DNA from: Mobula hypostoma
Taxonomy: Eukaryota
Assembly (NCBI RefSeq): GCF_963921235.1
Contig: NC_086109.1
Coordinates: 23,810,001 to 23,874,000, forward strand
Reading direction: 5' to 3'
DNA length: 64,000 bases
The notes under the pieces are model-generated. The model saw only the letters and a program-made list of their open reading frames with translations, did not search any database and had not been told where the DNA came from. Below, piece after piece: positions 11,881-23,998 of the stretch. The translations under genes were made by a program, and so were the position numbers. The stretch's first letter is position 1. Every line of letters begins with the position of its first letter.

Positions 11881-12978
11881 AGCATCACGGGGGCCCCCCA
11901 GGGCTGTGTGCTCAGTCCACTGCTGTTCACTCTGCTGACCCACGACTGTGCAGCAATACACAGCTCAAACCACATCACCAAGTTCGCCGATGACATGACC
12001 GTGGTGGGTCTCATCAGCAAGAACGACGAGACAGCATACAGAGAGGAGATGCAGTGGCTAATGGACTGGTGCAGAGCCAACAACCTGTCTCTGAATGTGA
12101 ACAAAACAAAAGAGATGGTTGTTGACTTCAGGAGAGCACAGAGCGACCACTCTCTGCTGAACACTGACGGCTCCTCTGTTGAGGTCGTTAAGAGCACCAA
12201 ATTTCTTGGTGTTCACCTGGCGGAGAATCTGACCTGGTCCCTCAACACCAGCTCCATAGCCAAGAAAGCCGAGCAGCGTCTCTACTTTCTGCAAAGGCTG
12301 AGAAAAGTCCATCTCCCACCCCTCATCCTCACCACATTCTACAGAAGATGTATCGAGAGCATCCTGAGCAGCTGCATCTCTGCCTGGCTCGGGAATTGCA
12401 CTGTCTCAGATCGCAAGACCCTGCAGTGGATAGTGAGGTCAGCTGAGAAGATCATCGGGGTCTCCCTTCCCACCATTACAGACATTTGCACCACACGCTG
12501 CACTTGCAAAGCTAACAGTATTGTGAAAGACCCCACACACCCCTCATACAAACTCTTCTCCCTCCTGCCATCTGGCAAAAGGTACCGAAGCATTTGGGCT
12601 CTCACGACCAGACTGTGCAACAGTTTCTTCCCCCAAGCCATCAGACTCCTCAACACTCAGAGACCAGACTGACATCTAAATCATTTACTATTATATTGTA
12701 ACTTGTCCTCTGCTGTACCTATTGTCTTGTTTATTAATTATTGTACTGCTCTGCACTGTTTTGTGCACTTTATGTAGTCCTGTGCAGGTCTGTAGTCTAG
12801 TGTAGTTTTTATGTTGTTTTACGTAGTCTAGTGTAGCCTTGTGCTGTCTCACTTAGTCTAGTGTAGTTTTGTGTTTTTTCATGTAGCACCATGGTCCTGG
12901 AGGAACGTTGTTTCGTTTTTACTGTGTACTGTACCAGCAGCTTATGTTCAAAATGACAATAAACTTGACTTGACTTGT
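11881..12978 (+). mobile_element. Rex1/Babar-type LINE, 5'-truncated, relatively young
   Basis: Intact ORF 11908-12672 (GAPQGCVLSPLLF, KFADD, NLSLNVNKTKEMVVDFR, LLPSGKRYRS, NSFFPQAIRLLN). 3' tail AATAAA(CTTGA)n. Confidence 0.92.
11908..12672 (+). CDS. Reverse transcriptase C-terminal fragment (Rex1/Babar LINE)
   Basis: FADD catalytic motif and conserved C-terminal motifs in the supplied ORF. Confidence 0.85.
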   Translation: MLSPLLFTLLTHDCAAIHSSNHITKFADDMTVVGLISKNDETAYREEMQWLMDWCRANNLSLNVNKTKEMVVDFRRAQSDHSLLNTDGSSVEVVKSTKFLGVHLAENLTWSLNTSSIAKKAEQRLYFLQRLRKVHLPPLILTTFYRRCIESILSSCISAWLGNCTVSDRKTLQWIVRSAEKIIGVSLPTITDICTTRCTCKANSIVKDPTHPSYKLFSLLPSGKRYRSIWALTTRLCNSFFPQAIRLLNTQRPD

Positions 12979-15886
12979 CACTAATATCTCTGCTAGATAT
13001 TACCCCTGCAATTTCTGCTCTTGCCTCCCACAGCATCTGAGGGAACATCCTGTCAGGTTCTGGGGATATGTCCTCACGATAGCAAACATCTCCTCGTCTG
13101 TCATCTCTAGTTTAGAGGGTTCCTGATCTTGCTGCTGCTTTGCTTCACTTCTATAGACCATTTCCCGATTAAGTACAGATGCAAATAATCTATTTAAGAT
13201 CACTCCCATTTCTTTAAGCTCCATGCATAGATTACCATTCTGATCTACCAGAGGACCAATTTTGTCCATTGCAATCCTTTTGCTCTTAACATATCTGTAG
13301 AAGCCCTTAGGAATCACCTTCACCATGTCTACTAGAGCAATCTCATGCCTTCTTTCAGCCCTCCTGATTACTTTCTTAAGTGTTCTCTTGCATTTCTTAT
13401 AATCCATAAGCACCTCATTTGTTCCTACCATCCTATACCAGCTGTGCACATCCTATTTTTTCTTAACCAGGGTCTAATATCTCTTGAAAACCAAGGTTTC
13501 CAAACTATTTATCCTTAAATTTTTATTCTGACAGGTACATGCAAGCTTTGTAGCCTCAAAATTTCACTTTCGAAGGCCTCCCATTTACCAAGTTTTCCTT
13601 TGCTAGAAAACAGCTTGTCCCAATCCACACTTGCCAGATCCTTTCAGATAACATCAAAATTGGGCTGTCTCAAATTTCAAATCTCAGCCCGAGGACCATA
13701 CCTACCCTTTTCCATAATTACCTTGAAACTAATGACATTATAATAACTAGATGCAAAGTGTTGCCATACACAAACTGCTGTCACCTGCCCTCGCATTCTC
13801 TAACAGGAGATCAAATATTCCACACTCTCTCAGTAAGACTTCTATGTATCGATTAAGGAAACTTTCCTGAACACACTTGACAAACTCTATCTCATCTAGT
13901 TCTTTCATAGTACGGGAATTCCAGTCAATGTGTGGAAAGTTAAAATCTCCTGCTATCACAGACTTAACATTTCTTGCAACACTCTATGATCGCTCTAAAA
14001 ATTCATTCCTCTAAATCCTGCAGACTGTTGCATGATATAGCCCCATTAATGTGGTCATACCTTTCTTATTCCTCAGTTCTACCTATAAAGCCTCACCAGA
14101 CAAATTCTCTAGTCTGTCTTGACTGGGCACTGCCATGCCATTTTCCTTGACTAGTAATGCCACCCTTCCCCTCTATAATCCCTCTAGTTTGTCATGTCTA
14201 AAACAAAGGGATCCTGGAATACTGAGCTGCCAATCCTGCCCCTCCTTCAAGCAGATTTCACTAATGGCTCCAATATCATAATTCCATGTATTGATCCATG
14301 CCCCGAGCTCATCTGCCTTTCCTTCAATACTTCTTGCATTGAAATATACACAGCTCAGGATGTTAGTCACACCATGCTCAACCTGTTGATTCTTGAATTT
14401 GTCTGAGGTCCTAACAACATGTCTTCACAACCTCTCCACTGCCTGTTCTGGCACTCTGGTTCCCATTCACATTATGAATTGCCCCTTCTACTACACACTG
14501 AAGGACATTCACAATCTCAATATGAAGCTCAAGGCATGATATTTTAAATTCTGTTGTCATTTGCAATAATTCTCCTGAAAGTTTCCTCCTTCCTTGTAAA
14601 GATTTCATGTTTTCATAACATGTTTGATTGATGAAGCTTTACAGTCTCTGAAGTTTTCAGTTAACACTCTCACAATTCATGGTATTTATATTTAGCAAAA
14701 GGAGTCAGGCTTTGGCAGCCAGGAGCCCAAATATTGTTTTGAGAATGAAGCAGTTTCTTTGATCTTTCTTCTCTTTTCAGTCCTGATTCCAAACTCAATT
14801 ATCACTTTACTCAACTAAGACACAAGGCCCCATGTTGCTCCTGAGTTCCCATGAAAGGTACTCTGAAAGCTTGTGAGAAGGCATAGATAAAGCTACCCAG
14901 CAATACTTAACTCTCTCTCTCTCTCTCTCTCTCTCCTACTCACATCCAACCTATCCTTTGCACATTCACTCCTTTTCTCCTTCCCTTATTTTTCCATTTC
15001 CTTTCCAAATTTCTCTTTACATCTTGCACAGCAACATAATACAAGTTGAGGATTTGTGCCATATACTGAAATGGTGCTGCTTTTTTAATTGCCGAGAATT
15101 GACAAAAAGCAGAAAGAGAAACAACGGCAGTACATAACATGATCACAGTTCCAGATTGCCTGGAGAGGTATTGAGATACTCAAACAGAATTGATCTGTGG
15201 CCTGGATTGATTTAGTTCAGTAGAGATGAATTTTCAAAATTGGTCTCAGTGAATTTTTGGCCTTAGGGAGGGTCATCTGTGGAAAATAGGTAAGTGTTGA
15301 TTCCAACTTAATCTGAAGTTTCTGGTTTTCTTTTTAACCATCATGGTCTAAACTAACTCAGTTGAGTAACCACCAAGTGTTACAGACCCCATCAAATCTG
15401 TCAAGAGTCTTTGCTCTGAGAAAAAACTCAGTCTAATGTGATAGCTGAAATTTTCCTTTCTTAAAACATAAATCTTTTCTCTAACTTCTTTCAAAGGCAT
15501 GGCTTTCTTCCAAAAATTAGGAAAGAATTTGATGAAATATAGTCCAAGCAGTCTTTTTTATAAATGTACAAGAACATTAAAGCTATTGTACTGTAAGCAA
15601 GTAATCATGGATCTTCAGGTATGTAACTGCTCCCTTTACATGTCCTGCTACTTCTAAAGGTATTGTGGGAGGAAATTTTTACAAAAGTAGTTTGAGCATT
15701 CAGCAAAAAGTCTACCAACTTACAGAGAGTGGCAGGTTCAAGGGATGTGGCGGTGCATTTTAGCTGAGGATTATCAGTGTAAATCAGGAAACTGATGTGA
15801 GTTTCTGAATAGCTACATCTGGAGTGGCAAATAAAAGAGGAGGAATCACTCTAGCCTTCCTGAATTCAGTAAGCAGTTAGACTTAC

Positions 15887-16006
15887 ACGTTATAGTATCT
15901 ACTGATGAACTGTGACCTCCGGTCTCGTTCTCTGCTTCCTGCTCACTGAATGGTGCAGTATCCTCTCTCAACAATGCCTGGTCTTCTCCGTCTTCATTTT
16001 CATTCC
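15887..16006 (-). CDS. Putative internal host-gene exon (120 nt, phase 1-1), acidic peptide NENEDGEDQALLREDTAPFSEQEAENETGGHSSSVDTIT
   Basis: Acceptor TCTTGTTGCAG and donor GTAAGT. Length is divisible by 3, only one frame is open, several CpGs are present, and it does not resemble the window's TE families. Confidence 0.55.
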
Positions 16007-17159
16007 CTGCAACAAGATTGAGTATTATTTTAAAAAGAGATTGAGTCGCTATCACAATGGTGCTTTTGCACTATTGAGTATCGCTTTCCCCTACAACAGC
16101 AACAACACTTCAAAAGTAAGTAATTAGCTGCAAAGTATATTAGGACATCCTGAAGTTATGAATGGTGTCACATAATTCACATTCCTTCTTTGAATTATGT
16201 TCAGGTCACCCTGTGAGTGAAACAAGAGAAGAAATGACCCCTTTTTGGGTAAATCTTTATGATATCACAGCCCACACACAGTATGAAGTGGACTTTAAGG
16301 GAGGCAGAGTTGTGAGCAAAGATTATTTTGTCCTCATGATCCACAAAATCAAAACACGAGAAACTTTAATGTGAATTTTTAGATTAATTTAAACACATCA
16401 CTAATCTTATTTATTTTTCAACCCTTGACAATTTTGCAAACGCACAGATACAACTTCTTTAACCAATGAACATATTTAGGTTAAAAATCATCCTTGTTCT
16501 GAAGGAGAAGGATGAAGAAACCCACACTAGACAATGCCAAGAACCACCATAAAGTTCGTTCCAAATAAATAAAAAAAATCTAAAAATGGTTTATTTACTT
16601 GTAGATTATTTGAGGGAAACAGTAAATAAACATTCCTGTGGCTCTCAAAGACTCTTGTTTATTTTAAAACTATTTTATCTTAAGCTTGCGTTCAACCTAA
16701 ATTAGGGGCATGTCAGAATTTTGCAGACTATAGTTGCTTACACAGTAAGAGCAATCTTTCCAAATCATTCCTAACGGCTCTTTGCCATAGACGGTTACTG
16801 GGGACACGAGAGAATTCCCTGTATCCAGCATTGTCGGATGGCTTGTCAAATGAAAAATTTCCTTCACAGTTACTGGATCACAGCATGTCCACGTCAGGCT
16901 CCATCACAATTAGTAGATCTGTTATGTGAGAAAATAGGCTAGAAATTCTGGCACTGCTGATCCTGCCTAACGTTTGTACCACTGGTCCAATAGTCCCCAC
17001 TGAACCCTCGGTTTTCAAGCACAATCAGAAGGAAGAAAAGGTTGAACAAATTCTGAAGTGCAAACACGAGGAAATCTGCAGATGCTGGAAACTCAAGCAA
17101 CACACATAAAAAATGCTGGTGAACGCAGCAGACCAGGCAGCATCTATAGGAAGAGGTAC

Positions 17160-17195
17160 AGTTGACGTTTCGGGCCGAGACCCTTCGTCAGGACT
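17160..17195 (-). ncRNA. Minimal type I hammerhead ribozyme motif
   Basis: AGTC-CTGACGA-A-GGGT-CTCG-GCCC-GAAA-CGTC-AACT on the minus strand. Confidence 0.78.
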
Positions 17196-17498
17196 AACTG
17201 AAAGAAGAGCTAGTAAGAGATTTGAAAGTGGGAGGGGGAGGGGGAGATCCAAAATGATAGGAGAAGACAGGAGGGGGAGGAATGGAGCCAAGAGCTGGAC
17301 AGGTGATTGGCAAAAGGGATATGAGAGGATCATGGGACAGGAGGCCTAGGGAGAAAGGGGGAGGGGAGCCCAGAGGATGGGCAAGAAATTATAGTGAGAG
17401 GGACAGAGGGAGAAAAAAAGAGAGAGAAAAAAAAGTGAATAATAAATAAATAAATAAATAAATAAATAAGGGATGGGGTACGAATGGGAGGTGGGGCA

Positions 17499-18251
17499 CT
17501 AACGGAAGTTAGAGAAGTCAATGTTAATGCCATCAGGTTGGAGGCTACCCAGACAGAATATAAGATGTTGTTCCTCCAACCTGAGTGTGGCTTCATCTTG
17601 ACGGTAGAGGAGGCCGTGGATAGACATATCAGAATGGGAATGGGACGTGGAGTTAAAATGTGTGGCCACTGGGAGATCCTGCTTTCTCTGGCAGACAGAG
17701 TGTAGGTGTTCAGCGAAATGGTCTCCCAGTCTGCGTCGGGTCTCGCCAATATATAGAAGGCCACATCGGGAGCATCGGAAGCAGTATATCACCCCAGCCG
17801 ACTCACAGGTGAAGTGATGCCTCACCTGGAAGGACTGTTTGGGGCCCTGAATGGTGGTAAGGGAGGAAGTGTAAGGGCATGTGTAGCACTTGTTCCGCTT
17901 ACACGGATAAGTGCCAGGAGGGAGATCAGTGGGGAGGGATGGGGGGGACGAATGGACAAGGGAGTTGTGTAGGGAGCGATCCCTGCAGAAAGCAGAGAGA
18001 GGTGGGGAGGGAAAGATGTGCTTAGTGGTGGGATCCCGTTGGATGTGGCAGAAGTTACGGAGAATAATATGTTGGACCCGGAGGCTGGTGGGGTGGTAGG
18101 TGAGGACCAGGGGAACCCTATTCCTAGTGGGGTGGCAGGAGGATGGAGTGAGAGCAGATGTGCGTGAAGTGGGAGAGATGCGTTTGAGAGCAGAGTTGAT
18201 GGTGGAGGAAGGGAAGCCCCTTTCTTCAAAAAAGGAGGACATCTCCTTCAT
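17499..18251 (-). CDS. PLE linker and GIY-YIG endonuclease (250 aa open segment)
   Basis: VIYCFRCSRCGLLYIGETRRRLGDHFAEH. Close paralog of 1336-2067. Confidence 0.85.
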   Translation of the reverse strand: MKEMSSFFEERGFPSSTINSALKRISPTSRTSALTPSSCHPTRNRVPLVLTYHPTSLRVQHIILRNFCHIQRDPTTKHIFPSPPLSAFCRDRSLHNSLVHSSPPSLPTDLPPGTYPCKRNKCYTCPYTSSLTTIQGPKQSFQVRHHFTCESAGVIYCFRCSRCGLLYIGETRRRLGDHFAEHLHSVCQRKQDLPVATHFNSTSHSHSDMSIHGLLYRQDEATLRLEEQHLIFCLGSLQPDGINIDFSNFR

Positions 18252-21200
18252 CCTAGAATGAAAAGCCTCATCCTGAGAGCAGATGTGGCAGAGATGGAGG
18301 AATTGCGAGAAGGGGATGGCATTTTTGTAAGAGACAGGGTGAGAAGAGGAATAGTCCAGATAGCTGTGAGAGTCAGTAGGCTTATAGTAGACATCAGTAG
18401 ATCAACTGTCTCCAGAGATAGAGACATAAAGATCTAGAAAGGGGAGGGAGGTGTTGGAAACGGACCAGGTAAACCTGAGGGCAGGGTAAAAGTTGGAGGC
18501 AAAGTTAATAAAGTCAACGAGCTCTGCATGCGTGCAGGAAGCAGCGCCAATGCAGTCGTCGATGTAGCGAAGGAAAAGTGGGGGACAGATACCAGAATTG
18601 GCACAGAACATAGATTGTTCCACAAAGCCAACAAAAAGGCAGGCATAGCTGGGACCCATGCAGGTGCCCATAGCTACACCTTTATTTTGGAGGAAGTAGG
18701 AGGAGCTAAAGGAGAAATTATTAAGAGTAAGGACTAATTCCGCTAGATGGAGGAGAGTGGTGGTAGAGGGGAACTGGTTAGGTCTGGAATCGAAAAAGAA
18801 GCGGAGAGCTTTGAGACCTTCCCGGTGGGGGGTGGAGGTATATAGGGACTGGGCAATTCTGAAGTGTTTGTGCTTGGTTGACAGCTTGAGGCTTCAACAC
18901 TTTGACAGATAATTTGAATTGAGAGGAACTTCTTCACACAGAGAGAGGTAAGTATATGAAACTTAGAGCTACATGCACCAGTTGAAACAGAGACCATAGA
19001 TAGCATTAAATCATGTCATGATGCAATTCTGAAGGAGAAAGAAACAGTGAAACAGGGGAAGTTGGAAAGAGAAGCATATGAAGACAGAGGGAGACCATTT
19101 GACTCTCTGTGCTAATGTCAGGAAAGAAAGAGACACACAAGCAATTCCCACATCCCAATCTCCAATCTGGGATTGTTGGTTATGATATATTACAAGTTTA
19201 TCCAGGCAATTTAAAACTCACTTTTCAGGGAGTAAATTTCAGACCCCAAATATGTCTTTGGATAAAAACTCTTTCCTCAGCTTCTGTCTCATCTTTCTAC
19301 CAATTCTTGAATTTGTGTGTCTTTATTATGACCTTACAGCCAATGGAAATTACTTCCTGATCATTCTGTCCGGGTCCCCCATTAAGTAACACATCTCAAT
19401 TGGATGCTCCTCAACTTCCAGTATTCCAAAGAGAACAATCCTACCAGAGGCAATATCACCACAATGTTAAATTTCTCTGGAAATGACAACATTTTCTCTC
19501 TCACGCCTCATTCCCATGGTTTGGTGACCTGAACCATATGTGATAGCCCTGTCATCCAGTTATTATTCATATGAAGCTGACATGAGTTTCCTGCTCACAT
19601 GCACTTCAGCTGCTAAGAGTGAGCATTACATATGCTTTGTGTACAGCTTATCTGTCTCTTGCAACTTTCAGGGATCTGTGGAAAATGCCCACAGATCTTT
19701 CAATTTCTCTGATTTATTCAGTTTCCTACCTTTTAACTGGTCCCCCCCTCCCCTTTCCTCTGCCATCCCCAAACAGATTTTCTAATTTGAGTTATTTTCT
19801 GTTTTGGTTCTTTTTTCTGTTTCCATTTAAACATCTCCTCAGAGCTTAAAGCTTTCATGGGGTCTATTATCTACAAGGTCATTTTTGGTATTATCTGCAA
19901 ATGATTTAATGATGATCTCTACAAGTACCTAAATCACTGAAACCTCACACAAAGCTAGAGGCCTGGAACTAATCCTTAAAGAAGCCCAATGCACACAGCT
20001 TTCTCATCACTTCAATAAAAGACTTGATTGGAGTGGAGAGAGGTTTATGTGGTGTACACTGTTTCAGTTCAGTGGGATGTGTCTGTGCTGTGGATTCTAC
20101 GTAATTCTATGCAACCATTTATCTCTCCACAGCTTTCTGCAGTCCAAACCTCCGCCAGCAGTAAAAACGGTCTGTAGGCTGAAGCAACACAGTCTGATAT
20201 TTGTGCTCCTGCTATTTATCTGTTTTCTGTTCCAATGTTCATTTGTGGAAATGTGACAAAAGCGTAAATAAACCTGTGCAAATATGAGCGTTGTGTGTGA
20301 GCAATGAGTCACGTAACCTCAAACAGGAGCCTAACCATGAAGCTGTCTGAATCCAATCTCCAAGTATAAATATGCACATTGCTGTTTGCTATTAACCCAG
20401 ACGCTGGAGGATGACACTAATAGCACAGCAAACAGATTCAGGGTTTAAACTGAACTATTTTACCAGAAGGATAGCAATACAACAAAAATTCTGGCAAGGG
20501 AATTGAAAAGGGCATTCTGACCCATTCAGCTATCTTCACTGATGAGACGAGTACAATTTATGCTTCACTGACTTTCTCTAATTTACTTTCACTCCTAAGG
20601 GAAGTTCTTGGCTGTTGGGAAAACTTCCAAGGGCAGAAAAGTCTACAAAATAGTAAAAGGTGAAATAAAATAGAATACGTACGGAAGGATGGGAACTCTA
20701 TTAGCAAGGGACACTTTCTGAGAGAATGACTTACGAATTAGGAAAGAGTACTGATGTCGATTGTATTAAAAGGCTTGTGTTTGTTTGAAAAAGGAGAAGG
20801 GGAAAAATAGAGAAGGTGGGGTTGAGGTGGGTAGGTGGGATTGATGTGTAGAGGAGGAAGGTAGGTGGATTGGTGTGGTGGAAACGAGAACTGAGGAACA
20901 TGGTGAGAAGAGGGGAAGTGGGCGCTGTGGTAACGGTAGAGGCATGAGACACTGCGATGTCCGGCTAAGGTCATGGTTTATGGTGAGATTTAGGTGGGAT
21001 CTGGGGCTTTAGGGAGTAGGTGGGATGGGCAAGTGACCAGTATCCATCACTCATGAATGCTGGGTTTATACACTATTTCTTGTATTGATCCACAAATTAA
21101 CAGTGAATTGAAATTATTAGGACAACAATTGCACTTGCTTGTAATCCCTAGGCCTCTGGCCTAGTGTGAAATTTCTAAACTACATGACAATGCTAATTTA

Positions 21201-21329
21201 GGTGTGTGAAGAAAGTTTGAGCTGATGTTCGACTCCATTTCGTTGATTAGAGCATCCGTTAATCACAATTAAAGCTCTGAGGAAGATTGAGACATTGAGG
21301 CAAATATGGAAGGTGAGTGAGAGTTCAGC

Positions 21330-21870
21330 GCTGACTGCTTGCCTTTTGATCACTGCTGAGAAGGAGTCTGAGCAGCCCATCACTGTGTGGTTCTCAGTGG
21401 CAGACGGGTAGGCCTCTGCCTCATGTGGCGTCCCTCTCTTTCGATGAATGTCGGTGATATCGGAGGATGATATCGTGGCTCTGCATTTATGGATTGGACA
21501 ACTGTATTTATGGAATCTGGACTTCGTTAGACACGGCTTTTATATTCTGTGTTTTTTTATTGCCCTTTCCTTTTCTGTTTCGTTGTGTGAGGTGAAGGGT
21601 TTGGGAGTTGACGTTCTGTTGTCTTCTGTTAGTTTTCTTGTGGGGGAGGGGTTGTTTGGGAGCCAATGCTCTTGCTCCATTTTGTACGAAGGGAGGGGTT
21701 TTGGGGGTTGCTGGTCGGGATGCTGTTCTTTTTGTGCAGGGGGGAGTGGGTTTGATGTTTCTCCCTGAATGACTTTCATGTTCTTTCTTGTTTCATGGCT
21801 ATCTGGAGAAGACAAATCTCAGAGATGTATATGGATACATATTTTGACAGTAAATGAACCTTTTTTTCTG
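21330..21870 (+). mobile_element. Non-coding retroposon related to the 6095-7150 element
   Basis: Shared 3' end GGCTATCTGGAGAAGACAAATCTCAGAG...TAAATGAACC and degenerate G/T-rich internal repeats. Confidence 0.5.
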
Positions 21871-22507
21871 AACCTTTGATGGCTTGCTGCTCATCTCAGC
21901 ACTGCCCATTGGTTATGGTATAGCAGTTTTACAACCGGATCAGTTACTGATCCAGTGGCATGGATCAGCAGTTCAAAGACCCACCCAACACTCCAGCTGT
22001 GAAATTTAACTTCACTTAGTAATGTGGAACTATTTTTTTAAATACCATTGCACAACTACCTAGTTGTTTTAATAGCGCATGTGGGTAGGCTAAAGGGGAA
22101 ATAATCTGTCATTCGTTCCTGATGATCCTAAACCAACCAATGAAGCTGACTCCTAATTGCCCTCTGAAATTAATTTGCAAACTACTGATCTGTACTGTTA
22201 CTGTTACATTAAAACAGAGAAGGGTCTCGGCGAGAAATGTCAGCTCTTTATTCCTCTCCATGGACGCTGCTGACCTGCTGAGTTCCTCCAGCATTTTTTT
22301 GTGCGTCACTCTGGATTTCCAGCATCTGCCGAATCTCTTGTGTTCTAGAATAAATCTGATCCGATCATCTTTCATTAACTCCAAAATGAATTTGGGAAGG
22401 GCAATGTTGCTTCCAACACAGTAAACCTTGCAAAGTCATCCTTGCAAACATCTGGGAGAGCTGCCAAACATGAGTCACATCACAGCCTGACGTACTGAGA
22501 AACAAGA

Positions 22508-23020
22508 CAGACCCACCAAAGAGGGCAGCACAGTGGTAAGCAGATGGGAGTGATATAGCACAGACCCATCAGACAGGGCAGCAGGGTGGTAAGCAGCTGG
22601 GAGTGACATAGCACAGACCCACCAGAGAGGGCAGCACTGTGGTAAGCAGCTGAGAGTGGCATAGCACAGACCCACCAGAGGGGGCAGCACTGTGGTAAGC
22701 AGCTGGGAGTGACATAGCACAGACCCACCAGAGAGGGCAGCACTGTGGTAAGCAGCTGGGAGTGACATAGCACAGACCCACCAGAGGGGGTAGCACTGTG
22801 GTAAGCAGATGGGAGTGACATAGCACAGACCCACCAGAGAGGGTAACATCACACACAAAATACTGGTGGAACGCAGCAGGCCAGACAGCATCCGTAGGAA
22901 GAAGCACAGTCGAAGTTTCAGCCAAGACCCTTGGAAGACCCTTGTGTGTGTTGCTTGAATTTCCAGCATCCGCAGATTTCCTCGTGAGAGGGTAGCATGG
23001 TGGTTAACAGTTGGGAGTGG
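22508..23020. repeat. 53-bp minisatellite (about 7 units); the last unit is split by a PLE fragment
   Basis: Unit CAGACCCACCAGAGAGGGCAGCACTGTGGTAAGCAGCTGGGAGTGACATAGCA starts at 22508, 22561, 22614, 22667, 22720, 22773 and 22826. Confidence 0.95.
22850..22985. mobile_element. Short inverted PLE pLTR fragment
   Basis: A minus-orientation pLTR piece is followed by a plus-orientation pLTR 3' end. Duplication GAGAGGGTA[A/G]CAT at 22837-22849 and 22986-22998. Confidence 0.8.
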
Positions 23021-23659
23021 CCTCAGGAGACCTCGTTGCTGATATTGCACATCAGATCAAACATGGAACAAGAAAGCTCCTCCATTCACTGATGATGGAC
23101 CACACTTTATTTACTTTACATGATTTGGGTATCACTGCCAAGGCCAGAAATTATTGCCCATCCAGTCAGCAGCCTTCTTGAACCTAGCTGCTGTCCTTCT
23201 GGTAAAGGTACTCCTTAGTGCTGTTGAGTAGGAAGTTCTAACGTTGAGACACTGGCGATATATTTCCAATTCAGAATAATGTGTCCTGCTGCGATTCAAG
23301 AAACTTGCTCATTACCCTCTTCTCAAGGGTAAATAGGGAGGAGTAACAAAGTCATTGCCAAGCACTGAAAAATTATTGCACCTTTAAAAAAAAATCTATA
23401 GTTGTCAATGTTGAATTATCAACCATTTCATCCCTCCTGAGAAAGGAAATAATCCAGCAGATGTGTTTAAACCTGAGTAGAGTTGGTGACCAAATACTAT
23501 GCTTGTTATAAATAGGGAACCAAGTTTTCCCCTGAAGAAATTGTTGCATTGATACTGGACCTACAAATTGCACTCAACTGATCTTTTAACATAATGCTTT
23601 AAGCAGAAGGGTAACAGCAGTTAGACAAACAGCAAGAAGCTTAAAAAAAGTTTTGCTAA

Positions 23660-23792
23660 TGTCCTGACGAAGGGTCTCGGCCTGAAACGTCGACTGCACC
23701 TCTACCTAGAGATGCCGCCTGGCCTGCTGCATTCACCAGCAACTTTGATGTGTGTTGCTTGAATTTCCAGCATCTGCAGAATTCCTGTTGTT
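23660..23792 (+). mobile_element. Short PLE pLTR element beginning exactly at a hammerhead motif (23660-23695)
   Basis: GTC-CTGACGA-AGGGTCTCGGCCT-GAAA-CGTC-GACT then the pLTR 3' end ...CCAGCATCTGCAGAATTCC. Confidence 0.85.
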
Positions 23793-23849
23793 TTCTAATA
23801 ACCTGGTAGTTTTATCTAGTTAAACTCACATTATTCTCTGGTATAACAA

Positions 23850-23998
23850 TCTGCTGGAGGAACTCGAGCAGTATCTGTGAAGGGAAAGGAACTGCAACAT
23901 GACCAGTTGAAACTCTGCATCAGGTTTCAACCTGAAGCATTGACAATTCCTTTCCTGCCATAGATGCTGCTTGCCTCACCTGAATTCCTCCAGCTGAC
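23850..23998. mobile_element. Old fold-back PLE pLTR remnant
   Basis: GCTGGAGGAACTC...GCAG.ATCT on the left arm is inverted with AGATGCTGC...GAATTCCTCCAGC on the right arm. Confidence 0.6.

Larger units (their letters stand above)
10478..14465 (-). mobile_element. CR1 LINE, degenerate near-complete ORF2 (APE + RT), split by a nested Rex1/Babar copy
   Basis: APE motifs CVYFNARSI...WNYDIGAISE (14173-14370) and IAGDFNFPHIDW (13747-13959). RT C-terminus LYKTLVSPNLVYCVQFWSP (10835-11029). Many frameshifts. Confidence 0.9.
17061..18854 (-). mobile_element. Penelope-like retroelement (Neptune type), 5'-truncated: RT core fragment, GIY-YIG and pLTR
   Basis: RT motifs MGTCMGPSYACLF and LRYIDD (18402-18671). 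EN ORF 17499-18251. Perfect 12-bp duplication AATTCTGAAGTG at 17049-17060 and 18855-18866. Confidence 0.93.

Noticed and set aside
20815..21035. G-rich purine-skewed stretch as promoter or G-quadruplex element
   Set aside because: Low-complexity sequence with no CpG island or other supporting signal.
22508..22850. CRISPR-like array or repetitive protein ORFs
   Set aside because: The units are head-to-tail with no unique spacers, there are no cas genes, and the context is eukaryotic. The ORFs are minisatellite artefacts.
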